A stretch of DNA of 64,000 nt. Source: Squalus acanthias. Taxonomy: Eukaryota. Position 1 is the stretch's first letter; every line of letters starts with the position of its first letter. Positions 48,301-60,855 of the stretch are shown piece after piece. The notes beneath the pieces were generated by a model that saw only the letters and a program-made list of their open reading frames with translations, was not told the origin of the DNA and ran no database searches. Made by a program: the position numbers and the translations under genes. The stretch is taken from the NCBI GenBank assembly GCA_030390025.1, contig JASTWF010000035.1, forward strand, positions 496,001 through 560,000. Direction: 5' to 3'.

Positions 48301-51300
48301 ACCTCTCTCTTCACTGTACTCCTCTCCATTCACTTTACTCCTATCCATTCACTGTACTCCTCTCCACCCCCTGTACACCTCTCCGCTCCCTGTACACCTC
48401 TCCGCTCCCTTTACACCTCTCGCTTCACTGTACACCTCTCCCTTCACCGTACTCCTCTCCCTTGACTGTATACCTCTCCCTTCACTGTACTCCTCTCACT
48501 TCACTGTACACCTCTCCCTTCGCTGTACTCCTCTCCCTTCACTGTAATCCTCTCCCTTCACTGTATACCTATCCCTTCACTGTACTCTTCTCACTTCACT
48601 GTACTCCTCTCCCTTCGCTGTACACGTCAACCTACGCTGTACACCTCTCCCTACGATGTACACCTCTCCCTTCGCTGTACACCTCTCCCTTCACCGTACT
48701 CCTCTCCCTTCACTGTAGACCTCTCCCTTCACTGTACACCTCTCCCTTCACTGTACTCCTCTCCCTTCACTGTACACCTCTCCCTTCACTGTACACCTCA
48801 CCCTTCACTGTACTCAACTCCCTTCAATGTACACCTCTCCCTTCACTGTACTCCTCTCCCTTCACTGTACTCCTCTCCCTTCACTGTACACCTCTCCCTT
48901 CACTGTACACCTCACCCTTCACTGTAATCAACTCCCTTCAACGTACACCTCTCCCTTCACTGTACACCTCTCCATTCAATGTACTCGGCTCCCTTCACTG
49001 TACACCTATCCCTTCGCTGTACTCCTCTCCCTTCACTGTAATCCTCTCCATTCACGGTATACCTCTCCCTTCACTGTACACCTCTCCCTTCACGGTACAC
49101 CTCACCTTTCACTGTACACCTCTCCCTTCACTGTACACCTGTCCCTTCACTGTACTCCTCTCCCTTCACTGTACACCTTTCACTTCACTGTACTCCTCTC
49201 CCTTCACTGTACACCTTTCACTTCACTGTACTCCTCTCCCTTCACTGTACACCTCTCCCTTCACTGTACTCCTCTCCCTTCACTGTACACCTCTCCCTTC
49301 ACTGTACACCTTTCCCTTCACTGTACTCCTCTCCCTTCACTGTACACCTCTCCCTTCACTGTACGCCTCTCCCTTCACTTTACACATCTCTCTTCACTGT
49401 ACACTTCTCCCTTCACTGTACACCTCTCCCTTCACTGTACTCCTCTCCCTTCACTGTTCACCTCTCCCTTCACTGTACACCTCTCCCTTCACTGTACACC
49501 TCTCTCTTCACTGTACTCCTCTCCTTTCACTCTACTCCTATCCCTTCACTGTACTCCTCTCCGTTCCCTGTACACCTCTCCGCTCCCTGTACACCTCTCC
49601 GCTCTCTGTACACCTCTCCCTTCACTGTATACCTCTCTCTTCACTGTACTCCTCACCCTTCACTGTACTCCTCTCCCTTCACTGTACACCTTTCCCTTCA
49701 CTGTACTCCTCTCCCTTCACTGTACACCTCTCCCTTCACTATACTCCTCTCCCTTCACTGTACGCCTCACCCTTCACTGTACTCCTCTCCCTTCACTGTA
49801 CACCTTTCCCTTCACTGTACTCCTCTCCCTTCACTGCACACCTCTCCCTTCACTGTACTCCTCTCCCTTCACTGTACGCCTCTCCCTTCACTTTACACAT
49901 CTCCTTCACTGTACACCTCTCCCTTCACTGTACTCCTCTCCATTTACGGTACTCCTCTCCCTTCACTGTGCACTTCTCCCTTCACTGTACACCTCTCCCT
50001 TCACTGTACACCTCTCCCTTCACTGTACACCTCTCCCTTCACTGTACTCCTCTCCCTTCACTGTTCACCTCTCCCTTCACTGTACTCCTCTCTCTTGACT
50101 GTACACCTCTCCCTTCACTGTAGTCCTCTCCCTTCACTGTATAACTCTCCCTTCGCTGTACACCTCTCCCTTCACTGTACTCCTCTCCCTTCATTGTACA
50201 CCTCTCTCTTCACCGTACACCTCACCCTTCACTGTACTCCTCTCCCTTCACTGTACACCTCTCCCTTCACTGTACTCCTCTCCCTTCACTGTACACCTCT
50301 CCCTTCACTGTACACCTCTCCCTTCACTGTACTCCTCTCCCTTCACTGTACACCTCTCCCTTCACTGTACTCCTCACCCATCACTGTACAAATCTCCTTC
50401 GCTGTACACCTCTTCCTTCACTGTACTCCTCTCCCTTCACTGTACACCTCTCCTCCTTATACCTCCTTCAGTGTACCCCTCTCCCTTCACTGTACACCTC
50501 TCCCTTCACTGTGCTCCTCACCTTTCACTGTACACCTCTCCCTTCAATGTACACCTCTCCCGTCACTGTACACCTCTCCCTTCAATGTACTCGTCTCTCT
50601 TCACTGTACTCCTCTCCCTTCAATGTAGACCTTTCCCTTCACTGTACTCATCTCCCTTCACTGTAAACCTCTCCCTTCACTGTACACCTCTCTCTTCACT
50701 GTTCACCTCTCCCTTCACTGTTCACCTCTCCCTTCACTGTACACCTCTCTCTTCACTGTACTCCTCTCCTTTCACTCTACTCCTATCCCTTCACTGTACT
50801 CCTCTCCGCTCCCTGTACACCTCTCCGCTCCCTGTACACCTCTCCGCTCTCTGTACACCTCTCCCTTCACTGTATACCTCTCTCTTCACTGTACTCCTCA
50901 CCCTTCACTGTACTCCTCTCCCTTCACTGTACACCTTTCCCTTCACTGTACTCCTCTCCCTTCACTGTACACCTCTCCCTTCACTATACTCCTCTCCCTT
51001 CACTGTACGCCTCACCCTTCACTGTACTCCTCTCCCTTCACTGTACACCTTTCCCTTCACTGTACTCCTCTCCCTTCACTGCACACCTCTCCCTTCACTG
51101 TACTCCTCTCCCTTCACTGTACGCCTCTCCCTTCACTTTACACATCTCCCTTCACTGTACACCTCTCCCTTCACTGTACTCCTCTCCATTTACGGTACTC
51201 CTCTCCCTTCACTGTGCACTTCTCCCTTCACTGTTCACCTCTCCCTTCACTGTACACCTCTCCCTTCACTGTACACCTCTCCCTTCACTGTCCACCTCTC

Positions 51301-52974
51301 CCTTCACTGTACACCTCTCCCTTCACTGTACTCTCTCCCTTCACTGTACTCCTATCCCTTCACTATACTCCTCTCCGCTCCCTGTACACCTCTCCGCTCC
51401 CTGTACACCTCTCCGCTCTCTGTACACCTCTCGCTTCACTGTACACCTCTCTCTTCACTGTACTCCTCTCCCTTCACTCTACTCCTATCCCTTGACTGTA
51501 CTCCTCTCTGCATCCAGTACACCTCTCCGCTCCCTGTACACCTCTCCGCTCCCTGTACACCTCTCGCTTCACTGTACACCTCTCTCTTCACTGGTACTCC
51601 TCTCTCTTGACTGTACACCTCTCCCTTCACTGTAGTCCTCTCCCTTCACTGTATAACTCTCCCTTCGCTGTACACCTCTCCCTTCGCTGTACTACTTTCC
51701 CTTCACTCTGCACCTCTCCCTTCACTGTACTCCTCTCCCTTCATTGTACACCTCTCTCTTCACTGTACACCTCACCCTTCACTGTACTCCTGTCCCTTCA
51801 TTGTACACCTCTCCCTTCACTGTACTCCTCTCCCTTCACTGTACACCTCTCCCTTCACTGTACACCTCTCCCTTCACTGTACTCCTCTCCCTTCACTGTA
51901 CACCTCTCCCTTCACTGTACTCCTCACCCATCACTGTACAAATCCCCTTCGCTGTACACCTCTTCCTTCACTGTACTCCTCTCCCTTCACTGTCCTCCTC
52001 TCCCTTCAGTGTACCCCTCTCCCTTCACTGTACACCTCTCCCTTCACTGTGCTCCTCACCTTTCACTGTACACCTCTCCCTTCAATGTACACCTCTCCCT
52101 TCACTGTACACCTCTCCCTTCAATGTACTCATCTCTCTTCACTGTACTCCTCTCCCTTCACTGTAGACCTTTCCCTTCACTGTACTCATCTCCCTTCACT
52201 GTAAACCTCTCCCTTCACTGTACACCTCTCCCTTCACTGTTCACCTCTCCCTTCACTGTTCACCTCTCCCTTCACTGTACACCTCTCCCTTCACTGTACT
52301 CCTCTCCCTTCACTGTACTCCTTTCCCTTCACTGTACTCCTCTCCGCTCCCTGTACACCTCTCCGGTCCCTGTACACCTCTCCGCTCTCTGTACACCTCT
52401 CGCTTCACTGTACACCTATCTCTTCACTGTACTCCTCTCCCTTCCCTGTACTCCTATCCCTTCACTGTACTCCTCTCCGCCCCCTGTACACCTCTCTGCT
52501 CCCTGTACACCTCTCCGCTCCCTGTACACCTCTCGCTTCACTGTACTCCTCACCCTTGACTGTACACCTCTCCCTTCACTGTACTCCTCTCCCTTCACGG
52601 TATACCTCTCCCTTCACTGTACTCCTCTCCCTTCACTGTACTCCTCTCCCTTCGCTGTACACGTCAACCTATGCTGTACACCTCTCCCTTCGCTGTACAC
52701 CTCTCCCTTCACTGTACTCCTCTCCCTTCACTGTACTCCTCTCCCTTCACTGTACACCTCTCCCTTCACTGTACACCTCACCCTTCACTCTACTTCTCTC
52801 CCTTCACTGTACACCTCTCCCTTCACTGTACTCCTCTCCCTTCACTGTACTCCTCTCCCTTCACTGTACACGTCTCCCTTCACTGTACTCCTCTCCCTTC
52901 ACTGTACACCTCTCCCTTCACTGTACTCCTCTCTCTTCACTGCACTACTCTCCCTTCACTGGACTCCTCTCCCT
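33387..52974. repeat. 19-bp satellite, ~19.6 kb, with higher-order repeats
   Basis: Monomer read directly; variant landmarks recur at offsets 912 (43280, 44192, 45104), ~4785 and ~2184. Confidence 0.98.
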
Positions 52975-54757
52975 TGTAGAATTCGCAATATATCGCGATT
53001 TTCTTAATAAGGAGGAAAACACATAGTTTCGTTCAAACAGCTTTTATTTCAGCGGAATGCTGTCAGGTTTTCAAAGTGGACACAAGCAGCTTGTAAAATG
53101 GCCGCCGCACCTCGTGGCGGAACATTCTAGACTTTTCGACAGGCAGACAAGATGGCGTTCCAATAAACATTTGTGCAAGATCGATTAAGACTCAGCACAT
53201 TGAAGATAATACACGAGACATCATGGGTTTACAGTATACACATAAATACTGAAATCGGTCTCCCAGGTACGAATGAAGGCTATTGTACCAAGTAATCAAG
53301 AGCCCATCCAAAGACATTAATATGTAAAATCCCAACAACTCTACGATGAGAGAGCCGTTAGCGGGTAGTTACAGAAAACACTTGGAAGCCCCAAAACCCC
53401 TCCAGGGAGAACACCGACCGATTAAACAATGGGAGAAATATTAACAGGTACTCAGACATTTACGAGTAGCCCCGAAACCCATTAAAACGGAGATCACCCT
53501 ATTCAAGACATTTGAGCGCCAAACCCTAACAAAAGAAAAAGACATTAAGGTTGGGCGGGAAACGGAAGATTTTGCACTATAATTGCAAGCTCCAAACCGT
53601 CCATCTCTCTCTTGACTCTTGGCTCTTATTCGGGTGACTCTTATCTTGCTGGTGTTTATCCTCATGGCTGCTCTTGACTCGCCGTCTTGTTCCTGCTTGC
53701 CTCGTGTCTCTTTTAAAAAGACTGTTGAACTTTGTGATCCGCTCGGATCTACCTCGTGTCGTGTCGCGAAGACCTGTGTAGAACTGGGCTCTGAAGCCTT
53801 GAAGCGGGCGCACCATTCCGATAAGTCGGTAAACGGTGTCGGAACCAAAGGCCCGAGATGAGATGAGATGAGATGAGATGAGATGAGAAGAGAAGAAGAC
53901 CATACTTATCGCCACGGTCAGTAAGCCCCGACCGCGCCTGTAGGTCGAATAGACATTTTCCTTGCCAGGAAGACTTCTTTGAGTTCTACAGAACTGACAC
54001 AGGAAGACTCTTCTTCGAGTTTTATCGAACCAGTGCGAGGGCACAGGAAGACTCTTTTTTGAGTATAGTCGGAACTCCGAGGACAACACAGATCTTCATG
54101 ACAGCAGACGTTCCAGCCTGCTAGCCGGAGCAGAAACGAGTAAACAAGTGGGGCCAGGTGACCCCCTGATCGACACGTGGGTGCTGCGGTGAAAAACATC
54201 CGATCAGAGTTTTCGGAATTCTCCGAGTTATCACGAGTGGTGAGCATGAGTCTCGAATCCTACGAATCTAGCTAGGACAGATATTGATAGGGGAGGGTTT
54301 CAAGTATTAAGGATAATTGTAATGTGCGCCCCCATTTACGATGTGTCGTTCGTTCCTCGTTTCCCTGAAATTAGTTACATAACTGCGTGTAAGATTGTAC
54401 TGTCATTAATCTGTGCTTATGACATGTATATCGTAATCTTAAGTATTATGCAATAAAGATTTTCCATTTCGTACCATTCAACCGAGTCTACCTGAGTTTC
54501 ATCTCCATTACTGCTCTCGCATCTAAGTCCAGTGTCTAGAACCGTAAGGGCGAGTGGGTCGAACCACTCACAGGTGTGTCTAGTGCTCCCAGACTGGCTG
54601 GAGACCAGAACAGGCAACAAGGCCTAAACCTGCACTAGCACCCGGGCTGCACAGAGCCACACGAATCTCACAGGCTGAGAGACATTCAAAAACCCTTACA
54701 GAAAATGGCGACCGCGGCAGGACACTGGCAGCGAGAGGGTAGTGTGTTAGACTTTGG
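52975..54757 (+). mobile_element. Insertion C: diverged 1726-bp LTR (52975-54700), GAAAA spacer, PBS (54706-54723) and first ~50 nt of gag, then truncated
   Basis: TGTAGAATTCGC...CCCTTACA; preceded by CCCT; match to provirus A stops after GTGTTAGACTTTGG; no second LTR or right TSD. Confidence 0.93.
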
Positions 54758-54954
54758 TGCTTTCTGCTTATTTTGCAAATATTTTTCCGTCAACCGCCCA
54801 CACACTAGTTCTTTGCACAGAAACGACTCCTTCTTTGATCTTAATGGTTGACTGGATGGAACTGATCTGCGGATCAAAGTTCAAGCTCTGCAATCCTCCT
54901 CTCAGATTTGGCACCGAGGTATCTTACACAGAAGTGCCGTCCCTCTGCGATACT

Positions 54955-55830
54955 GAGTGATCTCTTGGAGTAGTTTTGATCACCTAAGGGGGTCGGAGAG
55001 GAATTTCCCAGATTTCTTTTTTCCAAATTGGCTGGCCTAAGTTGTTGTCTGTTTTTTCCCCTCTCCCAGGAGACCACGGCCCAGATATTCCAATCCCTGC
55101 GGGTGGGTACGCGCTGTGTACTCACCCGTAGGGACATCGGAAATGCCGGTTTCAGGCATGCACTGCGCAGGCGCTGGAAACCGGCATTTCCGATCTGTCA
55201 AGAAAGCTCTTGACAGATCCTCCGGCTGCCCTGGAGAAGGGCCTCTGCGGGCGGATAGTTCCGCTTTTTGGAGACCCTCTGCCCGCAGAAAACCCTTACA
55301 ATTCTTACGCCTGGTAAAAGCAGGCTTTTACCAGGATAAGAGTTGAAAAAAGTAAAATAATTTTTTTTTTCCCACTGATTTATCATTTAAAAATACTTTT
55401 AAAAAGGTAAGTTTATTTTTAGCCCCGTAAAAATCTTAATTATTTTTTTTTCAAAAAATTAAATTTTTGTTTAAAATACTTAATTTATTGTAATTTCAAA
55501 TCATTTTAAAAATGTGATTTAAAAAAAAATGTATTTAAAGTTTTATTATGTTTTTTCATTGATCTCCATTCATATATTTGACAGGTCTTCCTGTCAAGTG
55601 TATGAAGGGAGATTCCCTTCTTTGATTGGCTCCCCATGGCCCACGTGATCCCAGGGACGCTGCGAACCGCGGGAGGCCTGCGATCGGAAAATACGGGCCC
55701 ACATGTTTTGTGTGGGGTGGGGAGTGTATCTATTGTGATACACGAGGTAGCATAAATGTGTGGGACAGGCCGGATGGACCCGAGGACCTGTCCATCATTG
55801 TTGGTATGTTTGTTGTTTGTATGTTCATAT
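54955..55830 (+). mobile_element. CR1-like 3' UTR fragment split by a MITE
   Basis: GGTCGGAGAGGAATTTCCCAG...CTCTCCCAGGAGA resumes after 55700 and ends in a (GTATGTT)-like tail; family recognised from memory only. Confidence 0.45.
55078..55699. mobile_element. Non-autonomous DNA transposon (MITE, possibly PIF/Harbinger-like) with internal hairpins
   Basis: Imperfect TIRs GGCCCAGATATTCC / GGAAAATACGGGCC (11/14); CAC on both sides; perfect internal stems of 18, 12 and 12 bp. Confidence 0.55.
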
Positions 55831-55911
55831 GACGTCTAACTGTTTTGGAACATAATGTGTTGGTGAAGCAATGTCCTGGGTCGTGAGGTACCCGTCACTG
55901 TGGTGGGATAA

Positions 55912-56090
55912 TCCTAGGGGACATGAGATGAAAATGAGGAGGTTAGGAATAAGAGGGGAACTCAAGTGAAAGTTTTCCATCCAAATGATTATAGGGCAGT
56001 GGAGTAGGTCACCAGAGAAGAACATTGAAGTGATCTGTATAAACGGGGTCACAGAGGCATGAGGTGTGTGTCTGGAGAGCGAAGGGATAT
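55912..56090 (+). mobile_element. Highly degenerate CR1 ORF2 C-terminus
   Basis: Translates PRGHEMKMRR...WSRSPEKNIE...LESEGI with two stops, colinear with TRGHSLRIRG...WNMLPQKAVE...LEVKGI of the CR1 inside env. Confidence 0.65.
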
Positions 56091-58004
56091 GGTGAGGAGG
56101 GATTGAGGGATATGGTGAGGAGGGATTGAGGGATATGGTGAGGGGGGATTGAGGGATATGGTGAGGGGGGATTGAGGGATATGGTGAGGGGGGATTGAGG
56201 GATATGGTGAGGAGAGATTGAGGGATATGGTGAGGAGGGATTGAGGGATATGGTGAGGAGGGATTGAGGGATATGGTGAGGGGGATTGAGGGATATGGTG
56301 AGGGGGATTGAGGGATATGGTGAGGGGGGATTGAGGGATATGGTGAGGGGGGATTGAGGGATATGGTGAGGGGGGATTGAGGGATATGGTGAGGGGGATT
56401 GAGGGATATGGTGAGAGGGATTGAGGGATATGGTGAGGGGGGATTGAGGGATATGGTGAGGGGGATTGAGGGATATGGTGAGGAGGATTGAGGGATATGG
56501 TGAGGGGGATTGAGGGATATGGTGAGGGGGATTGAGGGATATGGTGAGGGGGGATTGAGGGATATGGTGAGGAGGGATTGAGGGATATGGTGAGGGGGAT
56601 TGAGGATATGTGAGGGGGATTGAGGGATATGGTGAGGGGGATTGAGGGATATGGTGAGGGGGGGATTGAGGGATATGGTGAGGGGGGATTGAGGGATATG
56701 GTGAGGGGGGATTGAGGGATATGGTGAGGGGGGATTGAGGGATATGGTGAGGGGGGATTGAGGGATATGGTGAGGGGGGATTGAGGGATATGGTGAGGGG
56801 GGATTGAGGGATTGGTGAGGGGGGATTGAGGGATATGGTGAGGGGGATTGAGGATATGGTGAGGAGGATTGAGGGATATGGTGAGGGGGGATTGAGGGAT
56901 ATGGTGAGGGGGGATTGAGGGATATGGTGAGGGGGGATTGAGGGATATGGTGAGGGGGGATTGAGGGATATGGTGAGGAGGGATTGAGGGATATGGTGAG
57001 GGGGGATTGAGGGATATGGTGAGGGGGATTGAGGGATATGGTGAGGGGGATTGAGGGATATGGTGAGGGGGGATTGAGGGATATGGTGAGGGGGGATTGA
57101 GGGATATGGTGAGGGGGGATTGAGGGATATGGTGAGGGGGGATTGAGGGATATGGTGAGGAGGGATTGAGGGATATGGTGAGGGGGGATTGAGGGATATG
57201 GTGAGGGGGGATTGAGGGATATGGTGAGGGGGATTGAGGGATATGGTGAGGGGGGATTGAGGGATACTGTGAGGGGGATTGAGGGATATGGTGAGGGGGG
57301 ATTGAGGGATATGGTGAGGAGGGATTGAGGGATATGGTGAGGGGGGATTGAGGGATATGGTGAGGGGGGATTGAGGGATATGGTGAGGGGGGATTGAGGG
57401 ATATGGTGAGGTGGGATTGAGGGATATGGTGAGGGGGATTGAGGGATATGGTGAGGGGGGATTGAGGGATATGTGAGGGGGATTGAGGATATGGTGAGGG
57501 GGGATTGAGGGATATGGTGAGGGGGATTGAGGGATATGGTGAGGGGGGATTGAGGGATATGGTGAGGGGGGATTGAGGATATGGTGAGGGGGGATTGAGG
57601 GATATGGTGAGGGGGGATTGAGGGATATGGTGAGGGGGGATTGAGGGATATGGTGAGGGGGATTGAGGGATATGGTGAGGGGGGATTGAGGGATACGGTG
57701 AGGGGGGATTGAGGGATATGGTGAGGGGGGATTGAGGGATATGGTGAGGGGGGATTGAGGGATATGGTGAGGAGGGATTGAGGGATATGGTGAGGGGGGA
57801 TTGAGGGATATGGTGGGGGGATTGAGGGATATGGTGAGGGGGGATTGAGGGATATGGTGAGGGGGGATTGAGGGATATGGTGAGGAGGGATTGAGGGATA
57901 TGGTGAGGAGGGATTGAGGGATATGGTGAGGGGGGATTGAGGGATATGGTGAGGGGGGATTGAGGGATATGGTGAGGGGGGATTGAGGGATATGGTGAGG
58001 TGGG
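56083..58004. repeat. 23-bp G-rich minisatellite (GAGGGATATGGTGAGGGGGGATT)n, roughly 80-85 copies
   Basis: Read directly; variants mostly in G-run length. Confidence 0.97.
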
Positions 58005-58677
58005 TAGGTGGGGCTAGTCTATTATAAATGGACAGGCTATATTGGGTATGATGACTTTTTCCTGTTCCTGTAATTTTTCTTCTCTGATGATGGAATCAAA
58101 GGAAATAAAATAATTCTTGCAGCTGAAGCTGAGCCGAGCAGTAATGGAGACAGATTGATTTCACTTGGCATCGGCGACATTTCCATTAGTCTGGGACCTG
58201 TGAGGAGAGCGGCCCGATCTGACCAGAGAACCCTCCCGCAGCTCAACCCATCATCGCTTTGACAAATCCTGCTTTCCGATCGCGTTGGGCCGAGTGACGT
58301 CAGGAATGAGGTGCTTCATTCTGCTCCTGGCGCGGGTCCAGGAGTAACTCGCCCCCACCCCCCCACCCCCACCCCCACCGCCCCCCCGCCTCAGGTCAGG
58401 AAGAAAGCAGGATTTGTCTAAATCCGCAGCCTGCTGAAACAGCTCCAGAATATGCCAGGTTGCGTTCGCTTCCCACCCTGGCTGCTCACCGGAGGAAATG
58501 GGAATTGTTGTTTCTGCAGCGAGCTTTCTCATTGAAGCCAGTGGCCCTGAGCTCAGTCAGGTTGAACCGCTCTTTGTTCATTTATTTTTTAAAAGAGTAT
58601 TGAGTTCAGCAAGAGGAGGAATGTGATTCCTTTAGATAGTTGCAGTCCTTCGATCCTGTATTACATAGAATATTTAT

Positions 58678-58870
58678 CCCTCAATCAACACAACAAAAAC
58701 AGATTATCACGCTGCTGTTTGTGGGAGCTTGCTGTGCGCAAATTGGCTGCCGCGCTTCCTACATTGAAGCAGTGACTACACTTCAAAAAGTGCTCCAGTG
58801 GCTGTAAAGCGCTTTGGGACGTCCTGAGGTCATGAAAGGTGCTATATCAACGCAAGTTCTTTCTTTCTTC
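58678..58870 (+). mobile_element. 3' part of a DeuSINE-like shark SINE
   Basis: Reverse-complement match to the copy at 62815-63238; AAAGCGCTTTGGGAC...GCAAGTTCTTTCTTTC tail. Confidence 0.7.
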
Positions 58871-58871
58871 T

Positions 58872-59003
58872 TAGGATATACGGCACAGAAACAGGCCATT
58901 CGGCCCAACCAGTCCATGCCGGCGTTTATGCTCCACTCGAGCCTCCTCCCGTCTTTCCTCATCTAAATCTATCAGCATAACCCTCTATTCCTTTCTCCCT
59001 CAT
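58872..59003 (-). mobile_element. CR1 3'-end fragment
   Basis: Minus strand reads ...AAAGGAATAGAGGGTTATGCTGATAG (KGIEGYAD) then GGGCCGAATGGCCTGTTTCTGTGC, a CR1-type 3' end. Confidence 0.7.
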
Positions 59004-59119
59004 GCCACATCAGAGGCAAGTTCAGAATCAACCACGTTGGTGTGGGACTGGAGTCACATATATATGCCCAGAATGGGTAAAGGTGAGTACATTGATGTGA
59101 TGGTTGTTGTGTCGGGTTG

Positions 59120-60068
59120 TTTATATATAGAATAACAGATACCCGGGAGTGAGTTACAGGCTGGAATCTAATCGAGGGGTTCAGGGGGTTTATATATAGA
59201 ATAACAGATAGCCGGGAGTGAGTTATAGGCTGCAATCTAATCGAGGGGTTCAGGGGGTTTATATATAGAATAACAGATACCCAGGAGTGAGTTACAGGCT
59301 GGAATCTAATCGAGGGGTTCATATATAGAATAACAGATACCCGGGAGTGAGTTATAGGCTGCAATCTAATCGAGGGGTTCAGGGGTTTTATATATAGAAT
59401 AACAGATACCCAGGAGTGAGTTACAGGCTGGGATCTAATCGAGGGGTTCGGGGGGTTTATATATAGAATAACAGATACCCAGGAGTGAGTTACAGGCTGG
59501 AATCTAATCGAGGGGTTCGGGGGGTTTATATATAGAATAACGGATACCCGGGAGTGAGTTACAGGCTGGAATCTAATCGAGGGGTTCAGGGGGTTTATAT
59601 ATAGAATAACAGATACCTGGGAGTGAGTTACAGGCTGCAATCTAATCGAGGGGTTCAGGGGGTTTATATATAGAATAACGGATACCCGGGAGTGAGTTAC
59701 AGGCTGGGATCTAATCGAGGGGTTCGGGTGGTTTATATATAGAATAACAGATACCCGGGAGTGAGTTACAGGCTGGGATCTAATCGAGGGGTTCAGGGGG
59801 TTTATATATAGAATAACAGATACCCGGGAGTGAGTTACAGGCTGGAATCTAATCGAGGGGTTCAGGGGGTTTATATATAGAATAACAGATACCTGGGAGT
59901 GAGTTACAGGCTGGAATCTAATTGAGGGGTTCGGGTGGTTTTTATATAGAATAACGGATACCCGGGAGTGAGTTACAGGCTGGAATCTAATCGAGGGGTT
60001 CGGGTGGTTTATATATAGAATAACAGATACCCGGGAGTGTGTTACAGGCTGGAATCTAATTGAGGGGT
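59120..60068. repeat. 69-bp minisatellite (TTATATATAGAATAACAGATACCCGGGAGTGAGTTACAGGCTGGAATCTAATCGAGGGGTTCAGGGGGT), ~14 copies
   Basis: Period 69 (59121 to 59190); explains the 23-aa repeat ORF 58972-59640. Confidence 0.96.
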
Positions 60069-60599
60069 GTATTTATGATTAACACTAATGTGTTTTGTGT
60101 CGCTGATCTTTGTGACGTTCGGAATGAACAGTTCTGATTCCAATCTGCAGCTGTTTTCTGGAATCATTGCAGTGTGTGTTGGTTCGGAACTACCGCCTGA
60201 GTCTGACTACATGCTGGTTAACGCATTCATACCAAACTCTGCTGTTTAATCGAAGCCTTCAGCCGCTTCAGATTAACACTTCTGCTAAAAATAGGCCGAG
60301 TGGGGAATTGGGTCTGAGCTGGTTAAGTGTGTGTTTGATAGACTTCTACCCTTACTGCTTACTATTCAATCAACCTGTTGGATGAGGGAGTTTTTCGCCG
60401 CGATTACAGTGGAGAAACCAGTTTTCCTCGATGGACCAGTTGATGTTGATGTTGGTGGAAGGCGGAATTGGCACGGGGAGCTTCCTCCTTCAACTAGTTT
60501 CACCAAAATCAGTGAACTCGGCCTTCAACTCTCGGTTAATGATGGGATATTGTTGCCACAAAATGGCTGCTACACTTAACCTACACACCAGTCACAGTT

Positions 60600-60855
60600 A
60601 AGAAAGAAAGAACATGCATTTCTATAGCGCCTTTCACAATCCCAGGACGACCCAACAGTGACTACACTTCAAAAGCACTCCATTGGCTGCAAAGCCCTTT
60701 GGGACGTCCTGAGGTCGTGAAAGGTGCTGTATAAATGCAAGTTCTTTCTTCCTCCTTTCTTTCAAAGCGCTTGAAGTACTTTTTTTGAAGTGTTGTAATG
60801 TAGGAAACGCGGCAGCCAAATGGCGCAAAGCAAGATCCCACGTTCACAATCATGA
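60600..60855. mobile_element. Nested or rearranged DeuSINE-like fragments in both orientations
   Basis: Pieces match 58678-58870 and 62815-63238; the minus-strand piece resumes at ~61208 after the CR1. Confidence 0.6.

Noticed and set aside
1..52974. CRISPR-like array
   Set aside because: Head-to-tail monomers with no unique spacers, no cas genes, eukaryotic context.
505..53026. Very long + strand ORFs (up to 1908 aa) of HCTPLPSLYTSPFTVHLSL repeats
   Set aside because: The 19-bp monomer has no stop in any + frame; overlapping frames give the same peptide; satellite artefact.
55289..55300. AAAACCCTTACA matching the end of LTR C
   Set aside because: Only 12 nt, inside the MITE, with no further LTR similarity or TSD.
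58972..59640. 222-aa minus-strand repeat protein
   Set aside because: Translation of the 69-bp minisatellite.
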